Assembly: GCA_963771465.1 (NCBI GenBank)
Contig: CAVYTU010000013.1
Coordinates: 436,000-499,999 of the forward strand
Direction of reading: 5' to 3'
DNA: 64,000 nt
Origin: an uncultured delta proteobacterium
GTDB lineage: Bacteria > Desulfobacterota > Binatia > UBA9968
Part shown: positions 63,750-64,000 of the stretch, one piece after another
How the letters are laid out: the number at the start of each line of letters is the position of its first letter
Numbering within the stretch: the first letter of the stretch is position 1
Notes under the pieces: generated by a model
Seen by the model: the letters and a program-made list of their open reading frames with translations, nothing else
Told to the model about the DNA's origin: nothing
The model's database searches: none
Made by a program: the position numbers and the translations under genes

Positions 63750-64000
63750 AAGCCGGCAGCGCCTCGACCACAACGGATTGAGAGAACCCTCCGCACCACA
63801 TACCATCGCTAGCAGATCGAAACGGCTAAATCGCACCCTTCGCACATAAGGTACCGACAAAACTCATACAGCGAAGCTCACGCTGCGCATCTCGCGCGGC
63901 AGTCGCCTTTCTGCGTCAGATTTCTTTCCGTAGCTGATCATCCCCAACAACAAATTTCGCTCGAGGATATTTCGGTCAGATCGTTAGACCGTGGAACGCT

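Overview
Bacterial chromosomal window. The small-protein families and gene content tentatively suggest a soil/sediment Deltaproteobacteria-like lineage such as Candidatus Binatia (inference only). Many otherwise intact genes carry single-base frameshifts, most simply explained as long-read assembly indels. Layout: (1) 1-15 kb, a more AT-rich accessory region of small hypothetical genes in several paralogous families, many apparently leaderless, plus AI-2E, Hsp20, a beta-barrel and an FAD oxidoreductase. (2) 15-27 kb, a CBS/cystathionine gamma-lyase pair, a solute-binding/TRIC fusion, YceI, a cobalamin riboswitch upstream of a CWC protein, and an operon of a secreted YncE-like propeller with a LeuC/LeuD-fold pair. 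In that pair all three Fe-S cysteines are replaced by Asp/Glu/Glu and the GSSRE motif is replaced by GHDHDH, the most striking signal in the window. (3) 27-50 kb, a long co-oriented redox/detox gene run behind duplicated sigma54 promoters. (4) 50-55 kb, an ECF-sigma-led alkylation repair operon. (5) bioFAD, radA, a five-repeat protein, an integrase remnant and a tRNA-Leu 5' half. Orphan 3' gene tails occur repeatedly and in places bracket gene modules.
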